A stretch of 64,000 nt of DNA from Octopus vulgaris (GCA_951406725.2 OX597816.1:91078001-91142000), one strand, 5' to 3'; positions 13,797 through 27,849 are shown, counted from the first letter of the stretch. The notes: generated by a model from the sequence alone, not told the origin. Numbers and translations are program-made.

Positions 13797-14620
13797 ATGT
13801 ATATATATTTATATATATATATGTATATATTTATGTACATATTTACACATATATGTATCCATATTTATGTATATGTATATATGTAAGTATATATATATAT
13901 ATATATATATATAATACACACATACACACATGCACACATAAATATACATATCATATATATATATATATATGTATATTTAAGAGGAGAAAAGGAGAAGAGA
14001 GAGAGAGAGAGAGTGATTCCCTTACATACATAGAATCTCTTCTTGTTTAAGAGGGCGTGAATTGCTGACGTGTTTTTCCAGAAATATCTGTCTCTGTCTA
14101 CATAATTCTGTGTCTACTTTTCTCTGTATCTCCCACTCATAATCCCATTCTTCCATTTCTGATTTTTGGTGCGAATGTATGTATACATGCATGTATGCAT
14201 GTGTGTATATATGTATAAAATACAGGCACACACCCATACAAATATTGATACACGTATTTTTGACGTGTGCATATGTGTATACACACACATACATACACAC
14301 CACACATACACACACACACATATATATATATCTACACATAATATACACTTTTGAATAAATGCTTTGCGTACATACGTACTGATATATATGCACACATACA
14401 GTCGTACATACGAAAAGCATACACACACATATGTATATGTTTGTGTATATGCGTGTGTATGTGCGAATGTGTGTGTGCGCATGTATACATATTTGTACGT
14501 ATGCGTGTTTGATTATGTATGTATGTATATATGTATACATAAATAGATATATACATATACATATATACATACACACATACACACTCACACACACACGCAC
14601 ACACACACACACACACATAT
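13630..14620. repeat. Compound (TG)n/(TA)n/(CA)n microsatellite-rich block
   Basis: Read directly; a short unique island lies at ~14030-14170. Confidence 0.9.
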
Positions 14621-14919
14621 AATAGGCAAGAGCTACATATACTCAGAATAGAAGTAACGTAGTATTGCTGGAATGAATTTGAACTTAAACTCCGAATTCT
14701 TTATCTGGAATTAGGCTCACGGCGTCATGAGTGGCTATAAGAGAAATACAAGGCAAGCTGATATTGAGATATTGATGAAGATACACGCAATTACACCCCC
14801 CATACACGCATACATGTGCGCGCACACACACATAGATATACATAGATATACATAGCTATATATAACTGCTTCTATTCATAAAGATAAATACATATATATA
14901 TATATATACATATATGTAT

Positions 14920-15110
14920 ATAGTTGAAATTCATGAAAAACGAAAGACGAAGGCAGGTGTCTGAACAACAAGCAGGTTTACATAGTTTGACGCTCGGGAA
15001 AATGAAAAAGTCTTTTACATTTCGAGCCGACGCTCTTCAACAAAAAGGAGTAAGAGAAAATAAACAGAGAGAGAATGAAAAAAAAAAACTTCTATATTTA
15101 ATAGTCAAGC
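14920..15110 (-). mobile_element. Relative of the 4611-5020 repeat with a decayed hammerhead motif
   Basis: Shares gacgctc(a/g)ggaaa and tttcgagc...gctcttc. Minus strand reads TTGTTGA-A-GAGC-GTCG-GCTC-GAAA-TG-TA. Adjoins (TA)n. Confidence 0.55.
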
Positions 15111-15221
15111 TTATGTATGCATATATATATAAATATATTAATATAGAGCATAAAAGTTAAAGAATACTAAAAAGAAAATATATCATTTCTTAACTTGGCA
15201 GTTGTTTCAGGAAGCTGCTAC

Positions 15222-15437
15222 GAAATTTGTAGCCAAATTTCGTAAGAGTTTGAGGGGAGGGAGCAAGTCGTTTACCTCAACTCCAGAACTCAATTGGTAC
15301 TTATTCTATCAACTCCGAAAGGATGAAAGGCAACGTCGGCCTTGGTGAAATTTGAATTCAGAACGTAAAGACGGACGAAATACCTCAGTGTTTTGCCCGG
15401 TTTGCTAACGATTCTGCTAGCTTAGCTCGCTGCCTTA
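15222..15437 (-). mobile_element. SINE family A, diverged copy
   Basis: ggtacttatt...gaaaggatgaaaggcaa...atttgaattcagaacgt matches family A in reverse. Confidence 0.8.
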
Positions 15438-15632
15438 GAGTGATATATGATACTAATGACATTGAAGTGTTGTTTTGATACGAGGCAGTTGGCAACTCGG
15501 AGTAAACAATTGTTGAAAACTAGATTTTTCTACTGGTGTTTGTTGTAGCTGTTGTTGTAATATGGATACATGTAATAATAATTCAAGATATATATATTTA
15601 AATAAATTTATGGCGGGAATGTGTAGGAAAAA

Positions 15633-15791
15633 GCGTGGCTGCGTGCTGAGAAGCTCACTTCCCAACCACATGGTTCCGGGTTCAGTTCTACTGCGTGGCG
15701 TCTTATGCCAATATCTTCTTTTGCCTCGAGTAGACCAGAACTTTGTGAGTGGATTTCGTAGAAGGAAGCTGAAAGAAGCCCGTTGTGTATT

Positions 15792-15834
<43 letters not shown>

Positions 15835-16029
15835 TTGTGTCTTTGTTGGTCTCCAACTGGTGTTGGTGTGTTTACGTCCCCGTAACTGAGCGGTTTGGCA
15901 AAAGAGACTGATAGAATAAGTAGCAAACTTAAAAACAAAATAAGTGCTAGGGTCGATATATTCGACTAAAAGATCTTCAATGCGGTGCCCCAGCATGACC
16001 GCAGTCTAATGACTGAAATAAATTAAAGA
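15633..16029 (+). mobile_element. SINE family B
   Basis: Colinear with the copy at 17171-17633. Confidence 0.88.
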
Positions 16030-16255
16030 TATTATACTGGGACACAATTGTATTTCTGGAAGCTGGTTAAATTTGTAGAGAAACAACCAGAACCATTGTT
16101 TGGCCGGAGATCAATAAGAGATATTCAAATTTATCCATATTATATACAATCGCAACAAAACCATAGACTATGAATTGTCAAAATACCATTGAAACTGCAC
16201 ACAAACTAAATCTCTATCTCTCCTTTTTCTGTCTCTGTCCCCCCTCTCTCTCTCT

Positions 16256-16297
<42 letters not shown>

Positions 16298-17170
16298 GCC
16301 TATACACATATATATGCGCATAGACTACTTCAAAGCGCTCCAATAAATGTAACATCATCTGTATTAAAACCATGAATATATTTCTGGAGAAGCAATAATG
16401 TTACGTTCAGTTATTTTATATGATTTTATATTAAGTTATATCACCCCGAAACCTAGTTTGTGGACGATTCTAATGAATTCTTCCATTTGTATTTTTGATA
16501 TTTTCATCTCTGAATACAGCTAAAGTTGTATTGGGTTGACCCAGTCAGGAGTAGATATTCTAGACATAAATTGGTATGATTTGACTTTATATATAGTTTC
16601 AGTACATAAAAATAGAATTTTAATATATATAATATATATAAATATAATTTCAACTATATTTTTGACACAGCGTGGCTTGCCGGTTTGTTACTGCGACAGT
16701 ATATAATCTGGCTAAATTTGAATTTTTCTTTTTTCCAGCAGACGACGATTTCCCGTTGCATCTCAACGAATACAACCCAGTTCCAGGAACAATATTCTAT
16801 CCTGATACAATATATTTCTCACTTTAATATAGATACCTTCAATTATATTGTGATCCAGTCAGTTTACCAATTATATTAAAGTTTTAGCATTTTAAACTTA
16901 TTTCAAAGAGAAGTATGTGCGTCTATGCGGGCACACATACATATATATATATACACAGACAAATATAAACATATATATACGCATATATGTGCGCGTGTGT
17001 GCGCGCGTACAAACGGATAATTTTCATTTACAGGGTATTGTTTTTCTTTTCATTTAAGGAATAATATACACTGATTTCAGATAGAAAAGGAAGGAACACC
17101 ACAGAAAAAGACCCGTTGCTTCGGTTCGTGATTTTAGATCTAATTAAGGGTTTACAAATTTATAGTTTCT

Positions 17171-17335
17171 GGCGCAGGAGTGGCTGTGTGGTAAGTAGCT
17201 TGCTTACCAACCACATGGTTCCGGGTTCATTCCCACTACATGGCATTTTGGGCAAGTGTCTTCTACTATAGTCTTGGGCCGACCAAAGCCTTGTGAGTGG
17301 ATTTGGTAGACGGAAACTGAAAGAAGACCGTCGTA

Positions 17336-17428
<93 letters not shown>

Positions 17429-17633
17429 ATGTGTTTGTGTTCGTTCCCCCAACATCGCTTGACAACCGATGGTGGTGTGTTTACGTCCCCGTAACTTAGC
17501 GGTTCGGCAAAAAGAGACCGATAGAATAAGCACTAGGCTTACATAGAATAAGTCCTGGGGTTGATTTACTCGACTAAAGGCGGTGCTCCAGCATGGCCGC
17601 AGTCAGATGACTGAAACATGTAAAAGAGTAAAA
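17171..17633 (+). mobile_element. SINE family B, full-length reference copy
   Basis: tRNA-like head (A-box-like tggctgtgtggtaag, B-box-like ggttcattccc), CORE-like ttgggcaagtgtctt, internal (TA)n(TG)n, 3' end gactgaaacatgtaaaagagtaaaa. Confidence 0.92.
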
Positions 17634-17727
17634 CACACACACTCACGCACGTACACACACACACACGCGCGCACGTACACTCTCTCTTATACACACACAC
17701 ACACAAATATTCCTGGCAACTGGTACG

Positions 17728-17769
<42 letters not shown>

Positions 17770-18564
17770 ACGTATGCATCACATGTGTGTGGTATGTTTA
17801 TGCTTTGTTATGCGTATGTTGCTATAAGATTAAACGTGTATATTTGTGCATATAATCATGTGCATACAAATCAGTATATGCATGCGCACGCGTCTAAATA
17901 CGCACTCGCGCGCGTGCATACACACGCACACACACTTATATAACAATATTACAGCGTGTCTGCATGTGCACATGTGTGCATGTGGTGCGTAAATACATGT
18001 ACATTTACGCACGTACGTACGCATTTATGCTCACACACACACATACTTCGACATAAATTAATGGACACACACACACACACACACACACATGCATATATAT
18101 CTTTACCTCTACCTATCACTCTCTCCTCAGATTTCTTTTTGTTTTGTGTGTGTTCATCTTCCCATTCTTCCTCACCTCCCGCCCATCACTCCACCCTTCT
18201 GAAACTATCGATTCACAATTATATCAATGCAAATAGACATAACATACGCATTATCATATTTGTTTACATGTTTGTTTAAATGTACGTAGTTTATGTATAT
18301 ATGAATATATGATACACACATATATATATATATATATACATATATGTATATAAACACTGATAGGCATATTAAATTATGATATATGCAGAGACAGGGGATG
18401 GGGAATAGAGGAGGAGAGGAGAGAAGAAAGTCAAAAAGGAAAACGAACTGGGTGGAGTGTTTTTGCTTGTGAGAGACTGGAAACGATATATTCGTGTGCA
18501 TGATTCTAAGTGGCTGTTTGTATGTGTATTCGTCCTTATCTCCCTTTTTGTATGCGTTTTTTTA

Positions 18565-18992
18565 TTGTATGTATGTATGTATGTATGTATGTATGTATGT
18601 ATGTATGTATGTATCTATGTATGCATGTGTGCATATAGATATGTACATGTATGTCTAAATGTATGCATGTATGTATGTATGTATGTATGTATGTATGTAT
18701 GTATGTATGTATGTATGTATGTATGTATGTATGCATGTGTGCTTATAGATATGTATATGTATGTGTAAATGTATGCATGTATGTATGTATGTATGTGTGC
18801 ATATAGATATGTATATGTATGTGTAAATGTATGTATGTATGAATGTATGCATGTGTGCATATAGATATGTATATGTATATGTAAATGTATGTATGCATGT
18901 GAGCATATAGATATGTATGTGTATGTGTAAATGCATGTATGTATGTATGTGTATGTATATGTATGTTTTCCTTTATATAGTCTCATATATAC

Positions 18993-19047
<55 letters not shown>

Positions 19048-19142
19048 CATATATATATGCATGTTTGTGTAGTTTATATTCTTGTAGATGAATGTGTACG
19101 TTGCGTACGCGTTGTAAATATGAGACGACTGTGTTTTGTGTG

Positions 19143-19188
<46 letters not shown>

Positions 19189-19190
19189 TA
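18565..19190. repeat. (TATG)n/(TA)n/(TG)n block containing a ~42-bp higher-order unit
   Basis: The unit gtatgcatgtgtgcatatagatatgtatatgtatgtgtaaat recurs five times between ~18619 and 18932. Confidence 0.9.
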
Positions 19191-20704
19191 ACGATGACAA
19201 CTTCTTCACATTTGTGCCCCTGAAAACCATATAATAAAAAAAAATTGAATCATTGGCATAAATAATAAAGAGTCACAGCAAATAAACCAGCCCCAACATA
19301 ACATTGCTTTTGAAATACTTCACTTTATATCTCTCTCTTTCTTTCATTCCCTTCTCACCCCTTTTCCTTTCCTGTTTTTTTTTGTTTTGTTTTGTTTGCT
19401 TTTTATCCAATGTTAAATTATTCTTTCTCCTCGCCAGCTCGTTTAGAGTTGAAACCGTGAAGTGGGTCTTTAAGCCTTACTTGGCTTTTTCTGATTAAAA
19501 CAGGAAAATAAATAAATAAATAAACATGATAAAAGATTTTTCGTTTGATCTTTAATGTTTGGCGTATTAATAAAATTCTGTCAATATTTTTCACAATTTT
19601 CACAGTACCATTACTCATGTGGATGGTGAATCAGACACTGCATGGCGCTAGTCATATCGGGCACCCAGCCCTTCCCGCAATTTTCAAAGGAAGCAGTGTG
19701 TGAGGAATCGTAGTCGGAGCATGTTTTTTAGTGACTCAGTTTTTTACCATTGAAACATTGGGGAAAGGAGGATTTTTCGGCTAAAAGATATGGAAAACAC
19801 ATGATCAAGCAGAAAGAAAATGTTTTTGAAGAAATGGAGACAGTGAGTGAATAACTTAAAAGGTGAGACAGAGAAAGCAAAAGAGAAAAGAAAAGAAAAA
19901 ATATAAAAAAATGTACGAGAATAAAATCTATATAGATGTAAAGAGAGAAAACAATGGTAAATGCAAATAAAATAAAATTTTCAGGAACTTTGAAGACAGG
20001 TTAAAAAGAAGCCAGTGGAAACCAATCAATAAAAATAATAATAATAATAATAACAATAATACTGATGATGATAATAACAACAGAATAAACAATTTTGATT
20101 AAGAAAATTAAGGTGGGAAAACTTATAAAAGAAGAAACGAAATAAAGCCATAGAATTTTTGATATTGCAAAGTGAGATGGAAAATGATATATTGGTGGAA
20201 TAAATTGTATTTTAAAGTGAGTGGGGGTACCTGAAGAATCAAAGATATTAAATTTCATCAGGTTATTATTTGCTGTTGTTGTTGTTGCTGCTGCTGTTTT
20301 TCTATACTAAATCGTATCTTAAAAACAAAATCTTACAACTCATGCATAATTAGAAAGCGGAGTCTCAAGTAAAATATTAAGGTACAAACTTTGAGCAAAT
20401 CAAATGAAGACACATAGCAGTTATTAATATCACAGTGTAACCCGATTTTTATCCTTGCTTACCCCTAGAAAGTATGAAAAATGGCTAATATGTCCTTCAA
20501 ACTTTGCCTTAGTTCCATTTATTCAAACACCAAAGAATCCCTCTCAACTCATGGCTAAGATGTTCCCCCACTTCTCCTGCTTATGATCAGAGATGCACAT
20601 ATCGCCAGCCACTAAGGAGCTTGCTCAAGCAAGTGACAAGCAAATCTGTGGTATTATTGAGCAGAATATTTTTGCTATAACGATATTTCTGCCGCAGCAA
20701 CTCA

Positions 20705-20865
20705 GCGCTGAATCTGCTGAAAATGTAACGGAAAATAGGTCAGTTTCAAAACATTGATGTCCAGGTTACAAAAGCAAAGTTTGAGGGGAATAGTAATTTC
20801 CTTTGGTTTTTAGATAGAAGCAAATAGGAAATAACACTTACGGACCAAATACCAAAGAAAAAATT
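20705..20865 (+). mobile_element. 3' terminal segment of the IS630/Tc1-like family found at 47580-48760
   Basis: Aligns by eye with 48600-48755 (gctgaatctg...aatgtaa.ggaaaa.agg.cagttt.aaaac.ttgatgtccagg...gaaataacacttac). Confidence 0.75.
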
Positions 20866-21781
20866 GTACAATGATAATTCGTTAAAGGTGATTCAGCAGA
20901 GAGGCATCGTAGGACACTGGATTGAATGTATATCAGTATTTAGCTTTCCTCAGCTGGCAAATATGAGTTGTAGCTATAGCTCAACGGGCCAGCCTTGTTA
21001 CATTCGGGGAGAACTTTGTGTTAATGGAGTACTCAGCCACTTGTACGTTAATTTTGCGTTCAGGCTGTTCCGTTTATCGAATCAACTGGAAACCTATTCG
21101 TCGTTACCAACTAAGTGTCTAGGCATTTAGTTCTATTTATCTACGTTCAGTTCTTCGGGTCGAAAAGCTGCAATTGTAACAGTAATAATTGATGGGAATA
21201 TATGTTTGATATGCTTGCTGTTTGTGAATCTTTTATATCTTGTGATCTCGTTCTAAGATCTTCATTTTTGTAGGGTTGAACTTGTCAGAGTTGCTTGGTT
21301 TGTGACGGTTTTGTTGTTTGTATTATAACAAATATTCATATTGTATGTTTGTCTTTCATTGGGAGTCTAATTATGGCTGGGATAATACTTAATTAGAGTT
21401 TCTAGCTTTGAGGGGTTTTGTGGCATGTAATTGAACGGATTCGAATAAAACTAAGAGACGAGTTTGACTGTGCAGATTTTAGACTCTTAAGAAAGTATGG
21501 ATACCACACTATCCCGTTTCCGAAACAGCTCCAAAATTTAATGGGTTAAATTCATTAAACACTTATTTACACCACGAGGTTAAATTTTGTTTAACACAGT
21601 TTAAGATGAAATTTTTGGTAATAATTTAAATTATATATTTCTGTGGCAGTTCTGTTCTAAACGATAATTTGATATCAGGCAAAGGAACATTGCGAGATAA
21701 AATACATCTATTATCCACTTGTAGAGCGAGAAAAACTGACATGCAAAATCGCACAAGCTTTGAAGTTTAATATGTGTGTAT

Positions 21782-21846
<65 letters not shown>

Positions 21847-21873
21847 TAAGAATGGTGTGCATGCGTATGTATG

Positions 21874-21907
<34 letters not shown>

Positions 21908-22574
21908 TGTATGTATGTATGTATACATGCATGTTTTCCGTCCTGCTGAGACTCTAAAAATAAACTTGGGTATTTTTCTTACACCAAAGTATCGAATATG
22001 TTGCAAGAGAGGAGCTTTACGTGGTCGCCTGACCTGCATGTTGTAGCAGCTAAATCTCCCTCAAATTACACTATATTGTCTTAATTAAGGGAATGAGTGC
22101 ATTGGGTAATCTTATTCTACATCTGCTCTTAAAAAATTGGAATGATCATAGGTTGGATGCTTTTGTTCATGAGTCTGTATTATTGACTGTTTCCACATTG
22201 TAAGTTTTTTCACATTACTTGATATTCCTATTATTCGATATTTTCACATCATCATATATTTATTTATTTATTTATTTATCATTGATTAATTCTGTATTAT
22301 TTATCTATTTGCAATATTGTTGGTTATTCCTGTATTATCGGTTATTTCTCTATTACTAGATATTTTAAATTATTCCCTTGTTAGTTCTTATATTACTTCC
22401 TTACTATGTCTGCATTATTTCACGATTATTTTGTGTATTAGGAATTCCTTCCAGTAATATTATTACAACATTCATTACTTGTGTACTTTACTGTATAGTA
22501 TCTCTAATAATAAATTTTTATGTTAATATTTATTGCAACATTTTTTCTTTATTTCTATATTATTTATTATTATT

Positions 22575-23060
22575 ATTGAGTGAGAGAGCAGCGCATCCCA
22601 TCAAAGTGACACAGAGGTACAAATATACAAAGCCCAATAAACCCATGCATGATTATCATGTATGTACACCAGGCACATGCATCACAACCATATGTGCGCG
22701 ACATGGTGATCTCATATGAAGATAAACAGCACATGACCCTGCAGGTGGAGCTCAGTTAGAATTCTCTTCAGATCCAGTAGCCCATCCCGCTCAAAAGGTC
22801 CTCGGAATAAGGGTTGTTTAAAGATGTTGAACAAAACAACCATGTTTCCAGAGGCGAATTATTCAAATCCCAAAGAACTCTCAACACATGGCTATGATGC
22901 CCGCCACCCCCAACTCCTTCTGCTCGTGATCAGTGATGCCCATATCGTCAGCCACCAAGGGACATGCTCAACTGGTTACGGTCAAGCAACTGACAAGCAA
23001 CTTTGTGGTACTGGGCAGAATATTTGTTGTAGCCCATCTTTTATAGCAAGACAAAACAAT
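22575..23060 (-). mobile_element. Repeat family D, probable retroposon with an (AAT)n tail
   Basis: Second copy at 42822-43200 and a fragment at ~20522-20690. Both long copies abut (ATT)n at the tgagtgagagagcag end; orientation is inferred from that tail. Confidence 0.7.
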
Positions 23061-23073
23061 ATATATATATATA

Positions 23074-23222
23074 GGCGCAGAAGTGGCTGTGTGGTAAGTA
23101 GCTTGCTTACCAACCACATGGTTCTGGGTTCAGTCCCACTGCGTGTCACCTTGGGAAAGTGTCTTCTACTATAGCCTCGGGCAGGCCAAAGCCTTGTGAG
23201 TGGATTTGGTAGACGGAAACTG

Positions 23223-23276
<54 letters not shown>

Positions 23277-23436
23277 GTTTGTGTGTCTGTGTTTGTCCGC
23301 CCCAACATTGCTTCACAACCGATGGTGGTGTGCTTACGTCCCCGTAACTTAGCGGTTCGGCAAAAGAGACCGATAGAATAAGTACTAGGCTCACAAAGAA
23401 TAAGTCCTGGGGTCGATTTCCTCGACTAAAGGCGGT
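23074..23436 (+). mobile_element. SINE family B, 3'-truncated
   Basis: Colinear with 17171-17585. Confidence 0.9.
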
Positions 23437-23749
23437 AAGAGTAATATACACGATAACACTTTCAATCAGTTTAGGTCAGTAGCCATGAGAACCAGTACCT
23501 GGTACTGAAACAAGGCATACTAAGATCAATATCAAAATACTACTACTACTACTACTACTGCTGCTGCTGTTGTTGTTGTTGTTGTTGTTATTATTATAAT
23601 TAGTTAGTTATTTCTGTATCATTAATTATTTCGTTATTATTATAACAAGTTATTACAATTATTATTTTATAAGTTATCAGTTATTCTTCCTCTATTATTG
23701 GCTATTTGTATGCAGTCAGTTATTTCCATACTACTAGTTGTTTAACTTT

Positions 23750-24082
23750 ATCTTTTTACCATGGACTGCGGCCATGCCGGGACACCGCCTCGCAGTGTTT
23801 AGTCGAATAAAACGACCCCAGTACTTTCTCGAAGTCTGGTATTCATTTGCCGAACTGCTAAGTTACGTGGACTTAAACAAACCAACACCCGAAGACAAAC
23901 GCAAGCATCCACACAAACAAACGACGGGTTCTTCTAATTTCCGTCAATCAAATCCACTCAGAAGGCTTTTGTCAGCTAGAGGCAATAGTAGAAGACACTT
24001 GCCCGGTGCCACGCAGTGGGGCTGAACCCGACACCAAGAGGTTGAGAAGCACATTTCTTACCACACAGCCATGCTTGCACCT
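23750..24082 (-). mobile_element. SINE family B, diverged copy
   Basis: tagtagaagacacttgccc...ttcttaccacacagccatg matches family B in reverse. Confidence 0.8.
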
Positions 24083-24347
24083 AGTTCAGGATTATTCAGA
24101 AATATCTATAAATTATTTTACATTACTGCATTATTAGTTATCGTTATTAGTTATTTCAATATTAGTTTTGCATGTATTTAATGGTTATTTCTTTACTATT
24201 AATTATTTTTGTGCCATTGATTAGTATTGTATCAATATTTCTTAATAAGTTTCGACGTCGGTGGAATTTGAACTCAGAATGTCATGTCAGATGAAAGGCC
24301 GCCAATCGCTTTTCTCGGCGTGCTAACGATTCTGCCAGCTCGCCGCC

Positions 24348-24552
<205 letters not shown>

Positions 24553-24553
<1 letters not shown>

Positions 24554-24765
24554 CCTTTCTATAAAAGGCACAAAGCCTGAAATTTGGGAGGAGGGAACTA
24601 GTCGATTACATCAACCCCAGTGATTTATAGATACTTAATTTATTGCCCCCGAAAGGATGAAAGGCAAAGTCGACCTCGGTGTAATTTGAATTCAGAATGT
24701 AGCGATGGGTGAAATACCGCTAAGCATTTCGTCCAGCCTGCTAACGGTTCTGCCAGTTCACCACC
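24553..24765 (-). mobile_element. SINE family A (tail type 2)
   Basis: Full head-to-tail match to family A in reverse. Confidence 0.88.
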
Positions 24766-25339
24766 AAAACTGGGGCAGATAGGACTCCTTAGTCAACAAT
24801 AATGACAACCTGTCAGTGTTCAACGGCTCCATGCCTAGGATGAAGGCGAATGAACTGCGAATTTTGACTTAACGCCGGAGCAATATTTGGATGAAGATAT
24901 GCCACCAATGATGCCCACCTGTCTCTTAGTGAGAATCGCAGTCACGGTCTTCTACACACAGAAATGCGAAGGGAATAGGCCCAATATGGGTAGTAAGAGC
25001 TCTGCAGTCTTGGTTGACAATCTTACTAGAGATGGAGTCTCGATAAAAATACCGGTTGGTGGCTAACTTTAGAACACCTCAATGTTAAGTGAAAATGTCT
25101 AATACAAATGAATTAAATAATGGTGTTAATGAGGCCGGAACCAAAAGTGAAATCCTTTCGCTCGCAGATGCCCTGTGGTTGAGCAGCGCAGGCCCGGCTG
25201 TCATCCAGAGACTGCTTCTACACAAAGCCATAGGCAGAGAAGAAGGTGGGATAAGGAGGCAAACCGAACGGTAATTGAATGCTGGATCAGGAGTGAACCC
25301 AGCAGAAAGAGATTCCGACAACGAATGAAATATAAAGGA

Positions 25340-25523
25340 AATTGAAATAGAGTGCCCAGTAGAACTGTTACAAAAGGTTTACCTCCTTGGTACGGCCAGA
25401 ATAATCAGATAGCTGAAAAGAGCGAATATCATGGTACCTCAGGTTGCAGGTAGTAAGCCCGCTACGCATGCAAGACTCCAGGAGATCCAACAAAACCTGT
25501 AATAAGCCTGTGATAAAGAGATG

Positions 25524-25575
<52 letters not shown>
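25340..25575 (+). mobile_element. 3' end of an R4/Dong-type non-LTR retrotransposon with a (TAA)n tail
   Basis: Translates ELLQKVYLLGTARIIR* (LQKxxLLGTxxIL C-terminal motif), then a short UTR and (taa)n. Confidence 0.72.
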
Positions 25576-25876
25576 CAACAACAATAATAGCTTCAAATTT
25601 TGCCACAAAGGCAGTAATTTTGGGGAGGGTATAAGTCAATTACTTTGACACCAGTGTTCAACTGGTACTTATTTTATCGACCTCGTAAGAATTTGAACTC
25701 AACACGGAGCAACAGACGAAATACTGTGCATTATTTATATTATTTATATTCAACGGATATTTGTCCTCTTCTTGTTTATTGTTAACACAACGTTTCAAAA
25801 TATGGTAGACGAACATCGCAAAGCTGTGACACGAGGAGTATAGCTGTTGAGTGAAGTTCAATGACTGAAACATGTG

Positions 25877-25966
<90 letters not shown>

Positions 25967-26971
25967 AAGAATGTACATAATTCCTCAACTCTTAAATATA
26001 GAAGGCGAAATGCTGCTAAGCATTTCGTCCAGAGTGCGAACGATTCTGCCACCTCGCCAATAATCCTTTCTACTAAAGATACAAGGCCTATAATTTTGGG
26101 GGAGGGAACTAATCGATTACATCGACCCCAGTACACAACTGATACTTAATTTATCGACCCCGAAAGGATGAAAGGCAAAATCGACCTCAGAATAGATGCC
26201 AAACTTAAATAAATTCTAGGGTCGATTTCTTCGACCAAACCCTTCACCCTTCAGTGTGGTGCTCCTGCATGCCTGCAATTCAATGACTGAAATATGTTAT
26301 AGAAAAAGATGAATGTGTTTAATATATATATATGTGTGTGCGTGTGTGTGTGTGTGTGTACACATACACACACATATACATAGTATCTACATATGTATAT
26401 AAAAGAAACGACGAGCTTCCTTATAGTTTCCGTCTACCGAATTCACTGAAAAGGCATTTGCCAGACCGGGTTCTAAAGTAGAAGCTGAAGGCGTCATGCA
26501 ATGAGACCAACCCAAAATCACGCGGTTGCTGAGCGGGGTTCTTATAGACACAGCTATGCCTTTTATATTAATTATTCACAGAATAATCTTTCCGATTTGA
26601 AGTGTTTAACTGATGGTTGTCGCATTTTTTTTTCTATCTCTTTGTACGACACTTATTTCTGTGTGTCCCAAATGACTTAACTGAGGATTTTTCTAAAAAA
26701 GCAGTCAACACAGTTGTACAATTATTGTCGGATACCTTTGATCACACAGTTTCAAATAATTTACCCAATTTACTGCAATTGTAGTGCGCAGACGGGTATC
26801 TGTACTCAAGCACCCTCATGCATGGATAGTCTCTTGAGAGAATGTGTGTATGTGTGTGTGTGGGGGGGAGGGTACATGGGTGTGTCTGCACACGTGTTTG
26901 TCTGTGTCTGCGTGTAAATTCACACTAAGATTTAATATGAACATTAGTGATCAGTAATTAGTCATTATCAA

Positions 26972-27160
26972 AGCTGCGACCTGGCAGAATAGTTAGCCCG
27001 CTTCCGTCTTCACGTTCTGAGTTCAAATCCTGCCAAGGTCGCTTCTTGCCTTTCCTCCTTTCGGTGTCGATAAAATAAGTATCAGTTGAACACTGGGATC
27101 GATGAATTCAACTTACCCCTCCTCCCAAATTGCTGGCCTTGTGCCAAAATTTGAAAGCTA
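26972..27160 (+). mobile_element. SINE family A, diverged copy
   Basis: ctggcagaat...gttctgagttcaaatcc...gtcgataaaataagtatcag. Confidence 0.8.
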
Positions 27161-27849
27161 TAATTAGGCATATATAAATACCGATTTGAACAATAAATGC
27201 ACTAAGGGGAATCGAACGACGTATCTTTCGCCTATTTCTTACTTAGATTTGTGCCTATGCATCGAACTAAGTTAGTGATTGTAGGTTGCTGGTAAATGTG
27301 CAGGCCAGCTAGCCTTCATTTGGATATAATCTAGGACAGAGACAGGGAATATTTTATGTTGGAAGACTGCATTGAAGTCAGCTGCTACCTGATAAGGCTG
27401 CCTACCCTCAAAAACCTTATCCTGTTAAACCTATTATTCTATAAAGTATAATTATTTATACAACTTAATTATTTTTTCGAAATTTTCGTCGTGTTTCTAT
27501 CGTGTAAACTCACTTGTAATTAATTTAAAGAAGAAATTACGAATGTAGATAAAGCAGAGTTTCTCAACCTGTCTTTCTCACTACCATCGCAATTTTCAAA
27601 ACAAAAGAAACAAAAAGCAAAAACCCGTGCGTCCTAACACGAGCGGACAAAGTTAGTATGTAAGATATATTTAAAAGAAGTTTTAATTATAACTTTGTTG
27701 CAAGTTTTATTCACTTGTTACTTACTTCCACCCATTGTGAAGGAATTCACTTCCCAGCAAAATATTTCCAGGCTGCAGACGCGGGCGGGCGCTCCACCTT
27801 GAGATAAGAAGTAAAGTGTTTCTAAAATTCGCAATTTGTTAAAAAGACA

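Noticed and set aside
14030-14170. Possible small coding exon (MEEWDYEWEIQRKVDTELCRQ...) on the minus strand
   Set aside because: No polypyrimidine tract at the acceptor and no recognisable protein similarity.
19692-19709. 16/18-nt match to 55682-55699 linking the two unique islands
   Set aside because: Matches of this length are expected by chance in 64 kb, and the flanks do not align.
21180-21560. Possible Penelope-like coding remnant
   Set aside because: Too decayed to identify any motif confidently by eye.
24780-25075. Possible HDV-like ribozyme upstream of the R4-type fragment (GGCGAAU and GGCUAAC words)
   Set aside because: I could not build the nested P1/P1.1/P2/P3 pseudoknot; spacing and the L3 sequence do not fit.
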